This document shows positions 1 to 11,422 of a stretch of 64,000 nt of DNA, piece by piece. The DNA is from Clostridia bacterium. Its GTDB lineage: Bacteria; Bacillota; Clostridia; TANB77; CAG-465. The notes beneath the pieces were generated by a model, which searched no databases, had not been told where the DNA came from, and worked only from the letters and a program-made list of their open reading frames with translations. The position numbers and the translations under genes were made by a program. How positions within the stretch are numbered: the first letter of the stretch is position 1; each line of letters starts with the position of its first letter. The stretch lies in assembly GCA_028692955.1 (NCBI GenBank), contig JAQUWH010000004.1, positions 14,407-78,406 of the forward strand. The letters are read 5' to 3'.

Positions 1-11
1 AATGTGGATGG

Positions 12-3000
12 GTGAGAGATATGAGTTTTGTACATTTGCATATGCATACGGAGTACAGTTTGTTAGATGGGGCTATACGAATCGATGAATTAGTGAAAAA
101 AATAAAAAATTCAGGGATGAATGCTGTTGCTATCACTGATCATGGTAACATGTTCGGTGCAATTGAGATGTACAAAGCATGCAAAGCAGAAGGAATTAAG
201 CCTATTATTGGTTGTGAAGTATATGTAGCACCGCGTAGTAGACTAGAAAAACAGGGAAAAATTGATACAGAGCCAAATCATCTTATTTTACTTTCTATGA
301 ATGAAACCGGATACAAAAATTTAGTAAAATTGGTATCAAGTGGCTATACCGAAGGCTTTTATTACAAACCACGTATTGATATGGAATTATTAAGTAAGCA
401 TCAAGATGGCCTTATTTGCTTGTCTGCTTGCCTTGCTGGTAAAGTAGCAAGACAAATTGTCAATGGCAATATAGAGGGTGCAAGAGAAACAATTCAAGAA
501 TTTATCGATATCTTTGGAAAAGATCGATACTTTCTAGAAATACAAGATAATAAATTAAGAGAACAAATACTGGTAAATCAAAATTTAGTACAACTGTCAA
601 AAGAATTTGGGGTAGAGTTAGTTGCTACAAATGACTGTCATTATTTAAATGAAGAAGATTATGCCTCTCATGAAGTGTTACTTTGTATTCAAACAAGAAA
701 AACAATGGAAGATGAAGATAGAATGAGTTTTAAAACAAATGAATTCTACGTAAAGACAGAAGAAGAAATGAGACAAGCGTTTAGCTATGTACCACAAGCA
801 GTTGAAAATACACAAAAAATTGCAGATAGATGTAACGTCGAATTTGAATTTGGTCATACGGTACTTCCTGAATTTAAGATTGAAGAAAATATATCACACT
901 TGGAGTATTTTAAGAAAAAATGCTATGCTGGTATAGCTAAAAGATATGATGTGAACAATCCAGAAAAAATGGAAAAAGTAAAACAAAGATTAGCCTATGA
1001 GATAGGTGTCATTGATAAAATGGGATTTACGGATTATTTCTTGATTGTGGCTGACTTTATCCATTATGCAAAGAGTAATGGTATTGCAGTAGGTCCTGGA
1101 CGTGGTAGTGGTGCAGGTTCTATTGCTGCGTATTTAATGGAAATAACAGATATTGACCCATTAAAATTCAATTTAATATTTGAACGTTTTTTAAATCCTG
1201 AAAGAGTTAGTATGCCAGACTTTGACATTGATTTTTGTTATGAAAGAAGACAAGAAGTGATTGACTATGTGGGAAGAAGATATGGAAAAGACCATGTGGC
1301 ACAAATCATTACTTTCGGCACAATGGCAGCACGTGCTGTTATACGTGATGTTGCAAGAGCAATGGGATTTCCTTATCAAAAAGCAGACATGGTAGCAAAG
1401 CTAATTCCAAGAGATTTAAAAATGACGATTAATAAAGCACTGAAAATAGAACATGAACTAAAGACTCTGTATGAATCGGATGAACAAATAAAAGAAATGA
1501 TTGATATTGCTAAAAAATTAGAAGGTCTTGCAAGGCATGCCTCAACTCATGCTGCTGGTGTTGTTATTACGAAAGAACCAGTAGTAAACTATGTTCCGTT
1601 ATATGAAAGTGATGAATTAATATCAACAGAATATACGATGACAACATTAGAGGAACTAGGATTGCTAAAAATGGACTTTCTAGGCTTGCGTACTCTTACG
1701 GTTATCTCTGATACTGAAAAGTTGATTAAAAAAATACATAATATGGATGTATCTTATGGAAATTATGATGATAAAGCCACATATAAAATGTTGACTGAGG
1801 GAAGAACTACTGGCGTATTCCAAATGGAGAGTCCTGGTTTTAGACAAGTCATGATGAAAATGAAGCCAGATAAACTAGAGGACATCATCGTTATGATATC
1901 GCTGTATAGACCTGGGCCAATGGATCAGATACCAAGATATATTGCTAATAAAAATGACCCAGAAAATGTAGTCTATACACATGAGGCATTAAAACCAATA
2001 TTAGGGGTTACGAATGGTTGTATGGTATACCAAGAACAAGTCATGCAAATATTTAGAGATTTGGCTGATTATAGCTTGGGAAGAGCTGATTTGGTTCGAC
2101 GTGCAATGAGTAAGAAAAAATTAGATGTGATGAAAGAAGAAAGAGCTATCTTTGTTAAGGGCACAGCTAAACATGGCATAGATGAGAAAAGCGCTCATGT
2201 TATTTTCGATGAGATGGAAGAATTTGCAAAGTATGCCTTCAATAAATCTCATGCAGCTGCATATGCGGTAGTGGCCTACAAAACAGCGTATTTAAAAGAA
2301 CACTATAAAGCAGAATTTATGGCTGCAACGATGAATAGTTTTATTGGGAATCTAAACAAGATACCAGAATATATTGAAGAATGTAAAAATATGGGAATAG
2401 AGGTTCTAAAACCAGATATTAATGAAAGTTATCTTAAATTTTCAGTGGTAAATGGTAAAATAAGATTTGCCTTAAGTTCCGTAAAAAACGCAGGTGACAA
2501 TGCCATTTGCGAAATTATCTCTTCTAGAAAGAAAGAAGGTAAATTCACTAGTTTTATAGAATTTTGTGAAAGAGTGGCAGGAGATGCCATTAATAAAAAG
2601 TGTGTGGAGAGTTTAATCAAAGCAGGCTGTTTTGATGAATTGGAACCTACTCTTACAAGGTTTGATTTACTTGATTCTTTTGAGAGTATATTAGATAATA
2701 TTAATCAAACAAGAAAAACAAATTATGCTAATCAAATGAACATGTTTGACATGGGAAATATACCCAAAGAGGCACAATCGATTGTAATCCAAAAAAGTAG
2801 TCAAAAGCCTAGTAAAAATGAATTACTTGAAATGGAAAAGGAAATGCTTGGACTATATGTAACAGGGCATCCATTAGATGATTATATGGAAGTAATCAAA
2901 AAACAAGCGACTATTAGTACCAAAGAGTTACAAAATGAGGAATCATCCGATGAAGAAGAACAAAGTGAAGAAAAAACTAACACAATAGACTATGATGGAA

Positions 3001-3482
3001 AAGTCGTAACAATATGTGGCATTCTTTCTCATCGAAAAACACTGATTACAAAATCTGGTAATCAAATGATGTTTGCTGAACTAGAGGACTTATATGGTAG
3101 TTTAGAATTAGTCATATTTGCAGGTGTTTTACAAAATCATGCCACTTTACTACAAGAAGGAAATATTTTGAAAATCACTGGTAAAGTAAGTTACAAAGAA
3201 AATGAAAAAACAAAGATACTAGTTTCAAGAGTTGAATTACTAGAAAAGAATAAAAAAATATATATTAGAATACCAAAAGATAAGCTAGAATTGGAAGGAG
3301 CAGTTATGACTTATATGAAAAATATGGATGAACAGTGTAAAGGGAATATTCCGGTTTATATTTTTTATGACGGCACAAGTAAAGTTAAGTTATTAAATAA
3401 AGAATTGTGGTTAAACAGTAATGAGACTACTATTGGTAATTTAGAAACATCTTTTGGTAAAGAAAATGTTAAGATAAAATAA
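12..3482 (+). CDS. dnaE: DNA polymerase III alpha subunit (DnaE-type)
   Basis: 1156-aa ORF. N-terminal PHP domain (HLHMHTEYSLLDGA), polymerase core motifs (GPGRGSGAGS, PDFDIDF) and a C-terminal OB-like region. Start is GTG at 12 or ATG at 21. Confidence 0.95.
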   Translation: MRDMSFVHLHMHTEYSLLDGAIRIDELVKKIKNSGMNAVAITDHGNMFGAIEMYKACKAEGIKPIIGCEVYVAPRSRLEKQGKIDTEPNHLILLSMNETGYKNLVKLVSSGYTEGFYYKPRIDMELLSKHQDGLICLSACLAGKVARQIVNGNIEGARETIQEFIDIFGKDRYFLEIQDNKLREQILVNQNLVQLSKEFGVELVATNDCHYLNEEDYASHEVLLCIQTRKTMEDEDRMSFKTNEFYVKTEEEMRQAFSYVPQAVENTQKIADRCNVEFEFGHTVLPEFKIEENISHLEYFKKKCYAGIAKRYDVNNPEKMEKVKQRLAYEIGVIDKMGFTDYFLIVADFIHYAKSNGIAVGPGRGSGAGSIAAYLMEITDIDPLKFNLIFERFLNPERVSMPDFDIDFCYERRQEVIDYVGRRYGKDHVAQIITFGTMAARAVIRDVARAMGFPYQKADMVAKLIPRDLKMTINKALKIEHELKTLYESDEQIKEMIDIAKKLEGLARHASTHAAGVVITKEPVVNYVPLYESDELISTEYTMTTLEELGLLKMDFLGLRTLTVISDTEKLIKKIHNMDVSYGNYDDKATYKMLTEGRTTGVFQMESPGFRQVMMKMKPDKLEDIIVMISLYRPGPMDQIPRYIANKNDPENVVYTHEALKPILGVTNGCMVYQEQVMQIFRDLADYSLGRADLVRRAMSKKKLDVMKEERAIFVKGTAKHGIDEKSAHVIFDEMEEFAKYAFNKSHAAAYAVVAYKTAYLKEHYKAEFMAATMNSFIGNLNKIPEYIEECKNMGIEVLKPDINESYLKFSVVNGKIRFALSSVKNAGDNAICEIISSRKKEGKFTSFIEFCERVAGDAINKKCVESLIKAGCFDELEPTLTRFDLLDSFESILDNINQTRKTNYANQMNMFDMGNIPKEAQSIVIQKSSQKPSKNELLEMEKEMLGLYVTGHPLDDYMEVIKKQATISTKELQNEESSDEEEQSEEKTNTIDYDGKVVTICGILSHRKTLITKSGNQMMFAELEDLYGSLELVIFAGVLQNHATLLQEGNILKITGKVSYKENEKTKILVSRVELLEKNKKIYIRIPKDKLELEGAVMTYMKNMDEQCKGNIPVYIFYDGTSKVKLLNKELWLNSNETTIGNLETSFGKENVKIK

Positions 3483-3781
3483 AAAAATAGGTAAAAAATA
3501 AAAAGAAATAAAGAACTGTATTACAAATTTCTGTTCTGGCTGATTGTCTTGAAAGTGGACAAATAAATGTAAGGAGTACATTTTGTTACACTTGAAACAC
3601 TATAAAAAGAAGGAGTAGTTCATTAGACAATCTATTAAAGAGTAAATTTAGACTTAAACTTAAAAAGGTACTTTTAGATGCTCGAAAATAATTCATACTG
3701 AGGAAATCTTTTAGTTGTAATGAAGGTAAATATCATATAAAATCATTTAAATTAAAGAATTAAGTAATTTTTTCTATCTTG

Positions 3782-3809
3782 TTGAAAAAAGTCGAAAATG
3801 TGGTATAAT
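3782..3809 (+). promoter_or_regulatory. sigma-A-type promoter for the deacetylase gene
   Basis: TTGAAA (3782-3787), 16-nt spacer, TGgTATAAT extended -10 (3801-3809), about 30 nt upstream of the ATG at 3838. Confidence 0.5.
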
Positions 3810-3837
3810 AAGATTATATAAATAAAAGAGGTATGAA

Positions 3838-5100
3838 ATGGAAAAGTTAGTAGGATTTGCACCAATAATCATCAGTATCATCACTTCTCTTATTATCTGT
3901 TTAGTAATAAGAAAAAATAAAAAGCTATTGCTTACATTTTCTATATTGCTATTGATAATAAATGTTGTTTTGGGATGTTATACATTGAAAACACCTAATT
4001 TTGTTTTACTTGGTGATGAGAAAATTGAAATAAATGTGAAAAGTAATTTTAGTGATCCTGGTGTAGAGGCTAGTATACACAATAAAGACTTAAAGGAAAA
4101 AGTAACAACGGATGGACAAGTTGATGTAAACAAAGTAGGGGAATATACAATTACTTACAATCTAAAGTATCTAATCAGTGATGAGACCTTATCTAGAACA
4201 GTAGAAGTAAAAGATAAAGAGACACCAGTATTAACGCTAAAAGGCGATTCTGAGTTTACATTGTATTCAGGGGCAACATACAATGAACCAGGATGTACAG
4301 CAATGGATAATTACGATGGGGATATTTCTGCAGGTATCGAAACAAAAAAAGAAGAGATCAGTGATAAAAAATATAAAATTATCTATACAGTGAAGGATTC
4401 ATCTGGTAATGAAGCAAAGATCGAAAGAATAGTTACAATAGTTGATCCACCAAAACCATCTTCTTCCAAAAATGGTGTTATTTATTTAACATTTGATGAT
4501 GGGCCAAGTGCCAATATTACACCTCATATATTAGATATCTTAAAAAAACAGAATGTAAAAGCGACTTTCTTTATTATAAATTATAGTGATGCCAATGAAT
4601 ATCTAGTAAAAAGGATTGTAAATGAAGGGCATACAATAGCAATACATGGTTATTCACACGATTATAGATCTATCTATTCGTCTGAACAAGCATATATGAA
4701 TAATCTTAACAAATTACAAGAAAAAATAAAAAACTCTACTGGGGTGAAAACAACAGTAACGCGTTTCCCAGGTGGAAGTTCCAATACAACTAGTAAGTTT
4801 AATCCAGGTATTATGACGAGGCTGACAAAGCTTGTCATCGCTAATGGATATCAATACTATGATTGGAATATTGAATGCGGAGATGCAGCAGGTGCTAAAA
4901 CAAAAGAACAAGTATATAACAATGTGGTTAAATATTTGAGTAAGAAAAAGTCAAATCTTGTATTAATGCATGACTTTTCTGGAAATAACAAAACGTTAAA
5001 TGCCTTAAATGATATTATTAATTATGGCAAAAATAATGGCTATACCTTTGATAGAATTAATGAAGATACGCCAGCTATACATCATGGCGTCAATAATTAA
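3838..5100 (+). CDS. membrane-anchored polysaccharide/peptidoglycan deacetylase (NodB homology domain) with Ig-like repeats
   Basis: N-terminal TM helix, two Ig-like (DUF5011-type) segments, and C-terminal NodB motifs YLTFDDGPS, HGYSHD and LMHD. Confidence 0.85.
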   Translation: MEKLVGFAPIIISIITSLIICLVIRKNKKLLLTFSILLLIINVVLGCYTLKTPNFVLLGDEKIEINVKSNFSDPGVEASIHNKDLKEKVTTDGQVDVNKVGEYTITYNLKYLISDETLSRTVEVKDKETPVLTLKGDSEFTLYSGATYNEPGCTAMDNYDGDISAGIETKKEEISDKKYKIIYTVKDSSGNEAKIERIVTIVDPPKPSSSKNGVIYLTFDDGPSANITPHILDILKKQNVKATFFIINYSDANEYLVKRIVNEGHTIAIHGYSHDYRSIYSSEQAYMNNLNKLQEKIKNSTGVKTTVTRFPGGSSNTTSKFNPGIMTRLTKLVIANGYQYYDWNIECGDAAGAKTKEQVYNNVVKYLSKKKSNLVLMHDFSGNNKTLNALNDIINYGKNNGYTFDRINEDTPAIHHGVNN

Positions 5101-5115
5101 ACTTGTGTATATACT

Positions 5116-5146
5116 AAAAGCTCAAAAGTTAAACTTTTGAGCTTTT
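5116..5146. terminator. bidirectional rho-independent terminator between convergent genes
   Basis: Perfect 14-bp stem AAAAGCTCAAAAGT/ACTTTTGAGCTTTT with a 3-nt loop. A-tract and T-tract flanks serve both strands. Confidence 0.8.
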
Positions 5147-5184
5147 AAATTGGTGATAATCTAGGTATTTATATTTTGTTCTTG

Positions 5185-6288
5185 CTATACATTAAATCTA
5201 AATAAAATAACGTCACCATCAACTACTACGTATTCTTTTCCCTCTAGCCTTACAAGACCTTTTTCTTTAGCAGCTACCGTAGAACCATATTTTACTAAAT
5301 CATCATATGAAATGACTTCTGCTTTAATAAATCCTCTTTCAAAATCGCTATGGATTTTACCAGCAGCTTGAGGAGCCTTTGTTCCTTTTTTGATTGTCCA
5401 AGCTCTTACTTCTTGTTTTCCGGCAGTTAAGTATGAGATGAGTCCAAGTAAAGAATAACTTGCTTTAATCAATTGATCTAAACCAGATTCATTGATACCA
5501 AAATCTTGCATCATCATTGCCTTATCATCATCCTCTAGTTCACTTAAGTCTTCCTCTAATTTAGCACATAAGGTAACTACTTCGGCACCTTCTTTTTTTG
5601 CATATTCTCTTACAATCGCAACATTTTTGTCAGTATCCATAGTAGGTATTTGATCTTCCGATACGTTTGCAACATAAATAATAGGTTTAATAGTAAGTAA
5701 AAAGACATCTTTTAGTAATTCTTTTTCTTCTTCTTGAAATATAAAAGTTCTAGCAGGGTTAGAAGCTTCAAGGTGTACTTTTAATCTATTTAGTACCTCT
5801 AAAGTTGATTTTCCTACTTTATCTCCAGATTTTGAAAGCTTTTCAAATCTAACAATTGCTTTATCAACTGCCTCTATATCTGAAAGAATCAGTTCTAAAG
5901 ATATGGTTTCGATATCCTCTATAGGGTCTATTTTACCAGATACATGGATTATTTTCTCATCATCAAAACATCTTACAATATGAGCTATTGCATCAGTCTC
6001 ACGAATATGTGATAGGAATTTATTACCTAATCCTTCTCCTTTTGAGGCACCTTTGACAAGTCCAGCAATGTCGACAAATTCAATGGTAGCATACGTTGAT
6101 TTGTCTGTATCATATAATTTTGACAAAACATCAATACGCTGATCGGGAACATTAACAATCCCTATATTTGGTTCTATGGTACAAAATGGGTAATTGGCAC
6201 TTTCAGCTCCTGCTTTTGTAATAGCGTTAAAAAGAGTAGATTTGCCTACATTTGGTAAGCCAACAATTCCTATTTTCAAATTAAACAT
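5185..6288 (-). CDS. ychF: redox-regulated ribosome-binding ATPase YchF
   Basis: 367 aa. P-loop [16 protein letters not shown] and a TGS-like C-terminus, with full-length resemblance to YchF/OLA1. Confidence 0.95.
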   Translation of the reverse strand: MFNLKIGIVGLPNVGKSTLFNAITKAGAESANYPFCTIEPNIGIVNVPDQRIDVLSKLYDTDKSTYATIEFVDIAGLVKGASKGEGLGNKFLSHIRETDAIAHIVRCFDDEKIIHVSGKIDPIEDIETISLELILSDIEAVDKAIVRFEKLSKSGDKVGKSTLEVLNRLKVHLEASNPARTFIFQEEEKELLKDVFLLTIKPIIYVANVSEDQIPTMDTDKNVAIVREYAKKEGAEVVTLCAKLEEDLSELEDDDKAMMMQDFGINESGLDQLIKASYSLLGLISYLTAGKQEVRAWTIKKGTKAPQAAGKIHSDFERGFIKAEVISYDDLVKYGSTVAAKEKGLVRLEGKEYVVVDGDVILFRFNV

Positions 6289-6383
6289 CTCCTTTAAAAA
6301 TTCACTTAATATTATATCAAAGAAATGTGATAAGTCAAGGAATAGGTAAGTAACATATTTATTTTTTATTCATAAGATACAGT

Positions 6384-6878
6384 GTGATGAGTATGAAGAG
6401 AAGAATCAGTTATATTAGTAAGAGTGAAATGACAAGAAAAGGTGAAGAAATTGTTAGCCATGATTTTATTATTTTGCATGAAATAGGAAATGAATATAGT
6501 ACATTAGCTATCTGTAAGAAAGAGATAGAAAAATTAAGTGAGCAAGATAATATTTATTATTCTTTACATTATATCATTGATAAATATGGAAATATTTTAC
6601 AGTGTATTCCTGAAAATGAAATTTCACTTAGTTGTCGAGACATTGCTATTAATTATCATGCTATTAGTATTGGATGTATTCCTTGTGATGAGAAAGGTAG
6701 CTTTAGCAAGGCAGAAATAACCTCTTTACAGGCTTTGCTTTGTGATTTGAGTAATCAATACAATATCAGACAAGAAAACCTATTAAGACATTATGATGTG
6801 GTAGGAAAGAGATGCCCACATTATTATGTGGAACATCCTTTAAAATTTTGGGAAATAAAAAAAATGATGAAAAATTGA
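6384..6878 (+). CDS. N-acetylmuramoyl-L-alanine amidase (Amidase_2/PGRP-type), no signal peptide
   Basis: ILHEIG...HYIIDKYG...AISIG...RHYDVVGKRCP matches the zinc-ligand pattern of T7-lysozyme-like amidases. Confidence 0.75.
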   Translation: MMSMKRRISYISKSEMTRKGEEIVSHDFIILHEIGNEYSTLAICKKEIEKLSEQDNIYYSLHYIIDKYGNILQCIPENEISLSCRDIAINYHAISIGCIPCDEKGSFSKAEITSLQALLCDLSNQYNIRQENLLRHYDVVGKRCPHYYVEHPLKFWEIKKMMKN

Positions 6879-6955
6879 CATAACATAAACGTTGTAGTAT
6901 AATAAAGAAAAAAGAAGAAGTCCATATAATAATTTAGAGAGGAGAACACATACAT

Positions 6956-7321
6956 ATGTCCAATTTTAAACAATCTGATTATGAAGAACTTCGGTTAGAT
7001 TTAAATATTCAATTTTTTTCCTTGCATCCTTTAGGAGAAATAGCAAGTATCAAAGACTTTATAACAGAAGACTATGATATAATATTGAATATGAAAAGAG
7101 AAAAGCCTTTGTATGGCTTTTTTAAGGAAAATAAGAAGAAGGTGTGCATTATTTTGGAGGATGTTTTATTCTTTGATAATGTAAACGAGATAATTCAATA
7201 TATAGAAATAGTTGTATTTGATACGATAAATATTAATGTGCCCGAAGAATTTTATGCTTGCTATGTGCCTGCATATCGAAAATTATCTTTTAAAAAAGAA
7301 AAAGAACCCAGTAGCAATTAA
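6956..7321 (+). CDS. hypothetical protein
   Basis: 121-aa ORF preceded by the SD GAGAGGAG. No recognisable motifs. Confidence 0.5.
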   Translation: MSNFKQSDYEELRLDLNIQFFSLHPLGEIASIKDFITEDYDIILNMKREKPLYGFFKENKKKVCIILEDVLFFDNVNEIIQYIEIVVFDTININVPEEFYACYVPAYRKLSFKKEKEPSSN

Positions 7322-7346
7322 TTTGTTACTGGGTTTATATTTGTTC

Positions 7347-8747
7347 TTATAACATATCACTTAAATGCGTGATGTCTCCGGCACCGATCGTTAGTATGAT
7401 ATCGTCTTCTTGTATAATATCTTTTAAATAAGCGACGATTTTATCAAACGTAGCAATATAATGTGCGTCTACTTTATTTTTTTGAATTAAATCAACAAGA
7501 TCTTTTGAAGAAACAACACCTTCGTCGATTTCTCTTGCTGCATAGATATCTGATATAATAACGATGTCTGCATCATTAAACGAAGTAGCAAAGTCATATA
7601 ACAATTCTTTTGTTCTTGTATAAGTGTGTGGTTGGAATACAGCTATAATTCTATTGTGTTCTTTTTGTTTTGCTGCGGCAAGTGTTGCCTTTATCTCTGT
7701 TGGATGATGTGCATAATCGTCATATACTAATATATTTTTGCCAATATTTTTTTTGTATTCAAATCTTCTTTTAGCACCACAAAATTCATTTAAACTCTGT
7801 TCCATGCTTTCAAAAGAAATACCATGGGCAAGAGAAGTAGTAATAGCAGCTAATGCATCATAAACATTATGGATACCAGGAACTGTTAAATAGAATTCAT
7901 GAGAAGTATCTTCATATACTAGTTCAAATGAGTAAAAACCTTTTACATTACAAAATACATTTTTAGCATAAACAGTTGCTTCAGGTTCACTTAGTGAGAA
8001 GGTATATATTTTAACATTTCTTTTTTCTAACTCTTGTCTTACTTCATTTAATATTTCCATACAGTTTAAATCATCATAATTAATAATTAAAATACCATCT
8101 TTTGGTAGCATTAAAATAAATTTTTTAAAAGAGGCTTTGATTTCCTCAATACCAGAAAAATAATCTAAATGATCTTCGTCAATGTTTAGTACAGTTGCCG
8201 TTTGATGTGGAAAATTTAAGAAACTATCAACATATTCACAAGATTCTAAAATATAATATTCGGATTCTCCAATTCTATAGTTTAAATCGTTTAATTTTTT
8301 AAATTTGGAACCAACTTGAATGTTAGGATCTAAACCTGCATCTATAAAGATAGAGGCAACCATTGAGGTAGTAGTTGTTTTTCCATGAGTACCGCAAATA
8401 CAAATAGGGGTATCATAACATTGTAATAACAGCCCTAAAAACTTTGCTCTTTCATAAGTTGGAATTCCTAATGTTTTTGCTCTAACAAATTCAGGATCAT
8501 GTTGATTAATAGCTGATGTATATACGACAATATCAGCATCTTTTACAAGTTCTGCATTAGAGCCAATATAGACAGGTATGTTATTTTCTTCTAAAATTTG
8601 GATCATATCACCTTCTGTTTTATCAGATCCGGTTACGACATATCCATATTTTTTTAACGCTAACGCGATGGCACTCATACTAATTCCACCGATACCAATC
8701 ATATGTATTTTATTCATATCCTTTAAACTTGTAAAAGTTTTTTGCAT
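7347..8747 (-). CDS. murC: UDP-N-acetylmuramate--L-alanine ligase
   Basis: Mur ligase motifs IHMIGIGGISMS and GTHGKTTTTSM. I chose the ATG at 8747 because it follows the SD AAGGAAG. The longer ORF start at 8783 runs through a TATAAT box. Confidence 0.93.
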   Translation of the reverse strand: MQKTFTSLKDMNKIHMIGIGGISMSAIALALKKYGYVVTGSDKTEGDMIQILEENNIPVYIGSNAELVKDADIVVYTSAINQHDPEFVRAKTLGIPTYERAKFLGLLLQCYDTPICICGTHGKTTTTSMVASIFIDAGLDPNIQVGSKFKKLNDLNYRIGESEYYILESCEYVDSFLNFPHQTATVLNIDEDHLDYFSGIEEIKASFKKFILMLPKDGILIINYDDLNCMEILNEVRQELEKRNVKIYTFSLSEPEATVYAKNVFCNVKGFYSFELVYEDTSHEFYLTVPGIHNVYDALAAITTSLAHGISFESMEQSLNEFCGAKRRFEYKKNIGKNILVYDDYAHHPTEIKATLAAAKQKEHNRIIAVFQPHTYTRTKELLYDFATSFNDADIVIISDIYAAREIDEGVVSSKDLVDLIQKNKVDAHYIATFDKIVAYLKDIIQEDDIILTIGAGDITHLSDML

Positions 8748-8904
8748 TAAAAACACTTCCTTTTTATCTTCACTATTATACAAAAAAATATGAAAATAGT
8801 CAAATATTCTTACTAAATTTGTCTAATTGTGTCTAACGAATGGCTATTTATTGAATATATATGTACAATACTATATAATACGACTAAATAAGGGGGATGA
8901 GTAC

Positions 8905-10071
8905 ATGATTTTAGATAAAATTGTTGTAATTTCTTTGTCACTACTATTAATTACTTTATTAACAATACGATATATCAAAAGATATGCACCAGAAAATATT
9001 GTCATAGTGCCTATTATGACGTTACTGTTAAGTATATATATACCATTTGCAATATATAACGTTACTATACCGCTTTATTTACAAATTGTCATATTAACTT
9101 TCGGTGTGATAGTGCCTTCATTTTGCGTTACTCTACAATATAATAATATTATCCTATCAAGAAAAATATTATATTATTCTATGAAATATAACTATAGAAT
9201 AGGAGAATATCAAAAAACAATTGATATAATTACAAAATTAGTTTCTCTGGAAGGTAGAAGAGCAGAGTATCTATATATGCTTGGCCAATGCTATAAAAGT
9301 ATAGGAGATTTTATCAATTCAAGAGATTCCTTTGCGCTTGCTGTTGAATTTGATAATAAAGATTATAAATCATATTATGAACTTGGACGAGCTTTAGATG
9401 AGACAAATAAAAAAGACAGTGCTATTATTATGTTTAATAATGCCTTAAGATTAAAAGCGGATTTTTATGAAGCACAAGAGGCTTTGGGGATATGTCTAAC
9501 TAGTAGAGGTGATTTTGAAGGTGCTGTTAAAGTGTACAGAAAAGCTTTAAGATATCACCCTGATTCGTATGAATTGTATTATAATATTGCCATGATTGAA
9601 AGTGAACTTGGTAATTATGAAGAAGCAATTCTTGCTTTTGAAGAAGCTGGAAAACTAAAAAATGACCTTTATACCGCTTTTTATAGTTTAGGTAAACTAT
9701 ATATATCAGAGGGAAGATATGAGGAGGCAATTGAGGCGTTAAAGAAAATATTAAATTCTACTACCTATGGGCCAAAAGGTTATTATACTTTAGCAATTAT
9801 TTATGCTAAGCAAGGTGAATATGAGATAGCAATGTCTACATTAGAATATGCAATGGAATTAGATAGCAAGTATATTTCAAAAGCAGATGAGGAATATACT
9901 TTCAATCCATTTAGAGAAGATATTGAAAAATACAAAAAATCAAAAGAAAAAGCAAAAATAAAAGAGTTTCAAAAGAATGACTTTATGGAACAGAGTTTTA
10001 AGATATTTAAATTAAAAGAAAAAGGTGCTGAAGAAGAGGAAGAAATAGAAGAAATGCAGCATCATGCTTAA
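8905..10071 (+). CDS. membrane-anchored tetratricopeptide (TPR) repeat protein
   Basis: N-terminal TM helices, then multiple 34-aa TPR-like units (A..Y..LG......A...F..A) and an acidic tail. The ATG at 8905 follows the SD AAGGGGGA. Confidence 0.8.
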   Translation: MILDKIVVISLSLLLITLLTIRYIKRYAPENIVIVPIMTLLLSIYIPFAIYNVTIPLYLQIVILTFGVIVPSFCVTLQYNNIILSRKILYYSMKYNYRIGEYQKTIDIITKLVSLEGRRAEYLYMLGQCYKSIGDFINSRDSFALAVEFDNKDYKSYYELGRALDETNKKDSAIIMFNNALRLKADFYEAQEALGICLTSRGDFEGAVKVYRKALRYHPDSYELYYNIAMIESELGNYEEAILAFEEAGKLKNDLYTAFYSLGKLYISEGRYEEAIEALKKILNSTTYGPKGYYTLAIIYAKQGEYEIAMSTLEYAMELDSKYISKADEEYTFNPFREDIEKYKKSKEKAKIKEFQKNDFMEQSFKIFKLKEKGAEEEEEIEEMQHHA

Positions 10072-10149
10072 GTAAAAGGAGAGAAAATTCTCTTCTTTTG
10101 TATTGACATTGAACTGCTAATATGATATAAATTAAGAGTAACCAAACAA

Positions 10150-10232
10150 GTCGGTGTGGCGGAACTGGCAGACGCACAGGTCTCAAACACCTGCGGGAAA
10201 CCGTGTGGGTTCGATTCCCACCATCGACACCA
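10150..10232 (+). tRNA. tRNA-Leu (anticodon CAA), type II with long variable arm, CCA encoded
   Basis: Hand-folded. Acceptor GTCGGTG/CATCGAC, anticodon loop CTCAAAC, variable arm, T-arm GTGGG-TTCGATT-CCCAC, then ACCA. Confidence 0.9.
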
Positions 10233-10268
10233 TAAGATAAAACCTCCGCATCAAAGCGGTGTTAGATA

Positions 10269-10297
10269 AGGTCAACTGAAATAAGTTGGTCTTTTTT
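10269..10297 (+). terminator. rho-independent terminator after tRNA-Leu
   Basis: 9-bp stem AGGTCAACT/AGTTGGTCT (two G:U pairs), loop GAAATA, T6 tract. Confidence 0.6.
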
Positions 10298-10618
10298 GGT
10301 CGAAATTTTAGACAAAACTAGTAAAATAAGGATTAATATGATGAAGGAAATATCTGCTGAAACATTAAATTTTGTATGTCTTTGAGAAGATGTACAAATA
10401 TCTAAGCATTATATTGTTTATGGATTTCTAAATAGCAACGAAAAATGTAAATTAGGTAATATGACTAAAGAAGAATGTAAGAAATTATTTAAAGATAATG
10501 AAGGATTGTTAGAAATATAAAATATATTGTTTGTCACGTTTTGCGTTTTAAAAAGTAAAACTTGTATAAAATTAATTTATTTACGTTTTTATTTTATTCT
10601 AAAAAATGAAATATATAC

Positions 10619-10640
10619 AAAAAAGCTCCCTTTTGGGAGT
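10619..10640 (-). terminator. rho-independent terminator after minus-strand tRNA-Gly
   Basis: CTCCC-TTTT-GGGAG hairpin followed on the minus strand by a T6 run. Confidence 0.6.
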
Positions 10641-10650
10641 ACATATTCAT

Positions 10651-10724
<74 letters not shown>

Positions 10725-10923
10725 ATAATTATATTATATCATAGCTATATCTACTTTACAACTTTTCATCATAATACTTTATTAAAAATATAGTAATAAA
10801 ATTATATCATGCATTATATATTTTACTATAGTAACTCAGGAGTAAATGATAATTTATAAAAAATAATCAAAATATATTGACAAATAATGAAAATAATAAT
10901 ATAATAGATATATAATTTAATTT

Positions 10924-10997
<74 letters not shown>

Positions 10998-11006
10998 ATT
11001 GAAAAC

Positions 11007-11045
11007 AACTTACGAACCAATATAGGCTCGTAAGTTTTTATTTTA
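11007..11045 (+). terminator. rho-independent terminator after plus-strand tRNA-Gly
   Basis: Stem AACTTACGA/TCGTAAGTT, extendable with one mismatch, followed by TTTTTATTTT. Confidence 0.65.
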
Positions 11046-11422
11046 TATAAAACTTGAATGTTCTCTTTCTAGGAAGGAGGACATTTTGGTATGCTCGTGA
11101 ATCACAAATTGCTTTAGAATATACTGAATTGAGAATTTTCGAAAAAGTTATTAAAAAAGAAATTATATCTGCTAAAAACAGTATAGATAAAGAAAACGAT
11201 TGACTTATTGATCTCAACAAGCCAATCAAAAGAGGTAAAGGTAAATAAGAAAATAGTTGCAATTGTGCAAACATATTTTGTAATTCAAACTAGAAAACAA
11301 GAAATCATCTACCTTAGAGTGTTTTCAACATTCTAGCAAAATATTCATTAGCGGATTGTTTTCAGCGTTTTAATCATATGCTAGATTATAATAATATGAT
11401 GTTATACTTCATCAATCACTTT

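Noticed and set aside
10338-10520. A 60-codon frame (MMKEISAETLNFVCL-TGA-EDVQISKHYIVYGFLNSNEKCKLGNMTKEECKKLFKDNEGLLEI) is interrupted by a single in-frame TGA. This raised the question of TGA recoding (code 4/25) or selenocysteine.
   Set aside because: All long housekeeping ORFs, up to 1239 aa, are intact under the standard code, and Trp is encoded by TGG. TGA terminates well-supported genes such as the amidase and tex. I saw no SECIS-like hairpin. It is most likely a decayed gene fragment or a chance frame in the tRNA-rich spacer.
11046-11200. A possible integrase or mobile-element remnant next to tRNA-Gly (frame ...FLGRRTFWYARESQIALEYTELRIFEKVIKKEIISAKNSIDKEND).
   Set aside because: It is only ~46 codons with no canonical start or diagnostic recombinase residues. 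No direct repeat of the tRNA 3' end was found nearby, so the evidence is insufficient.
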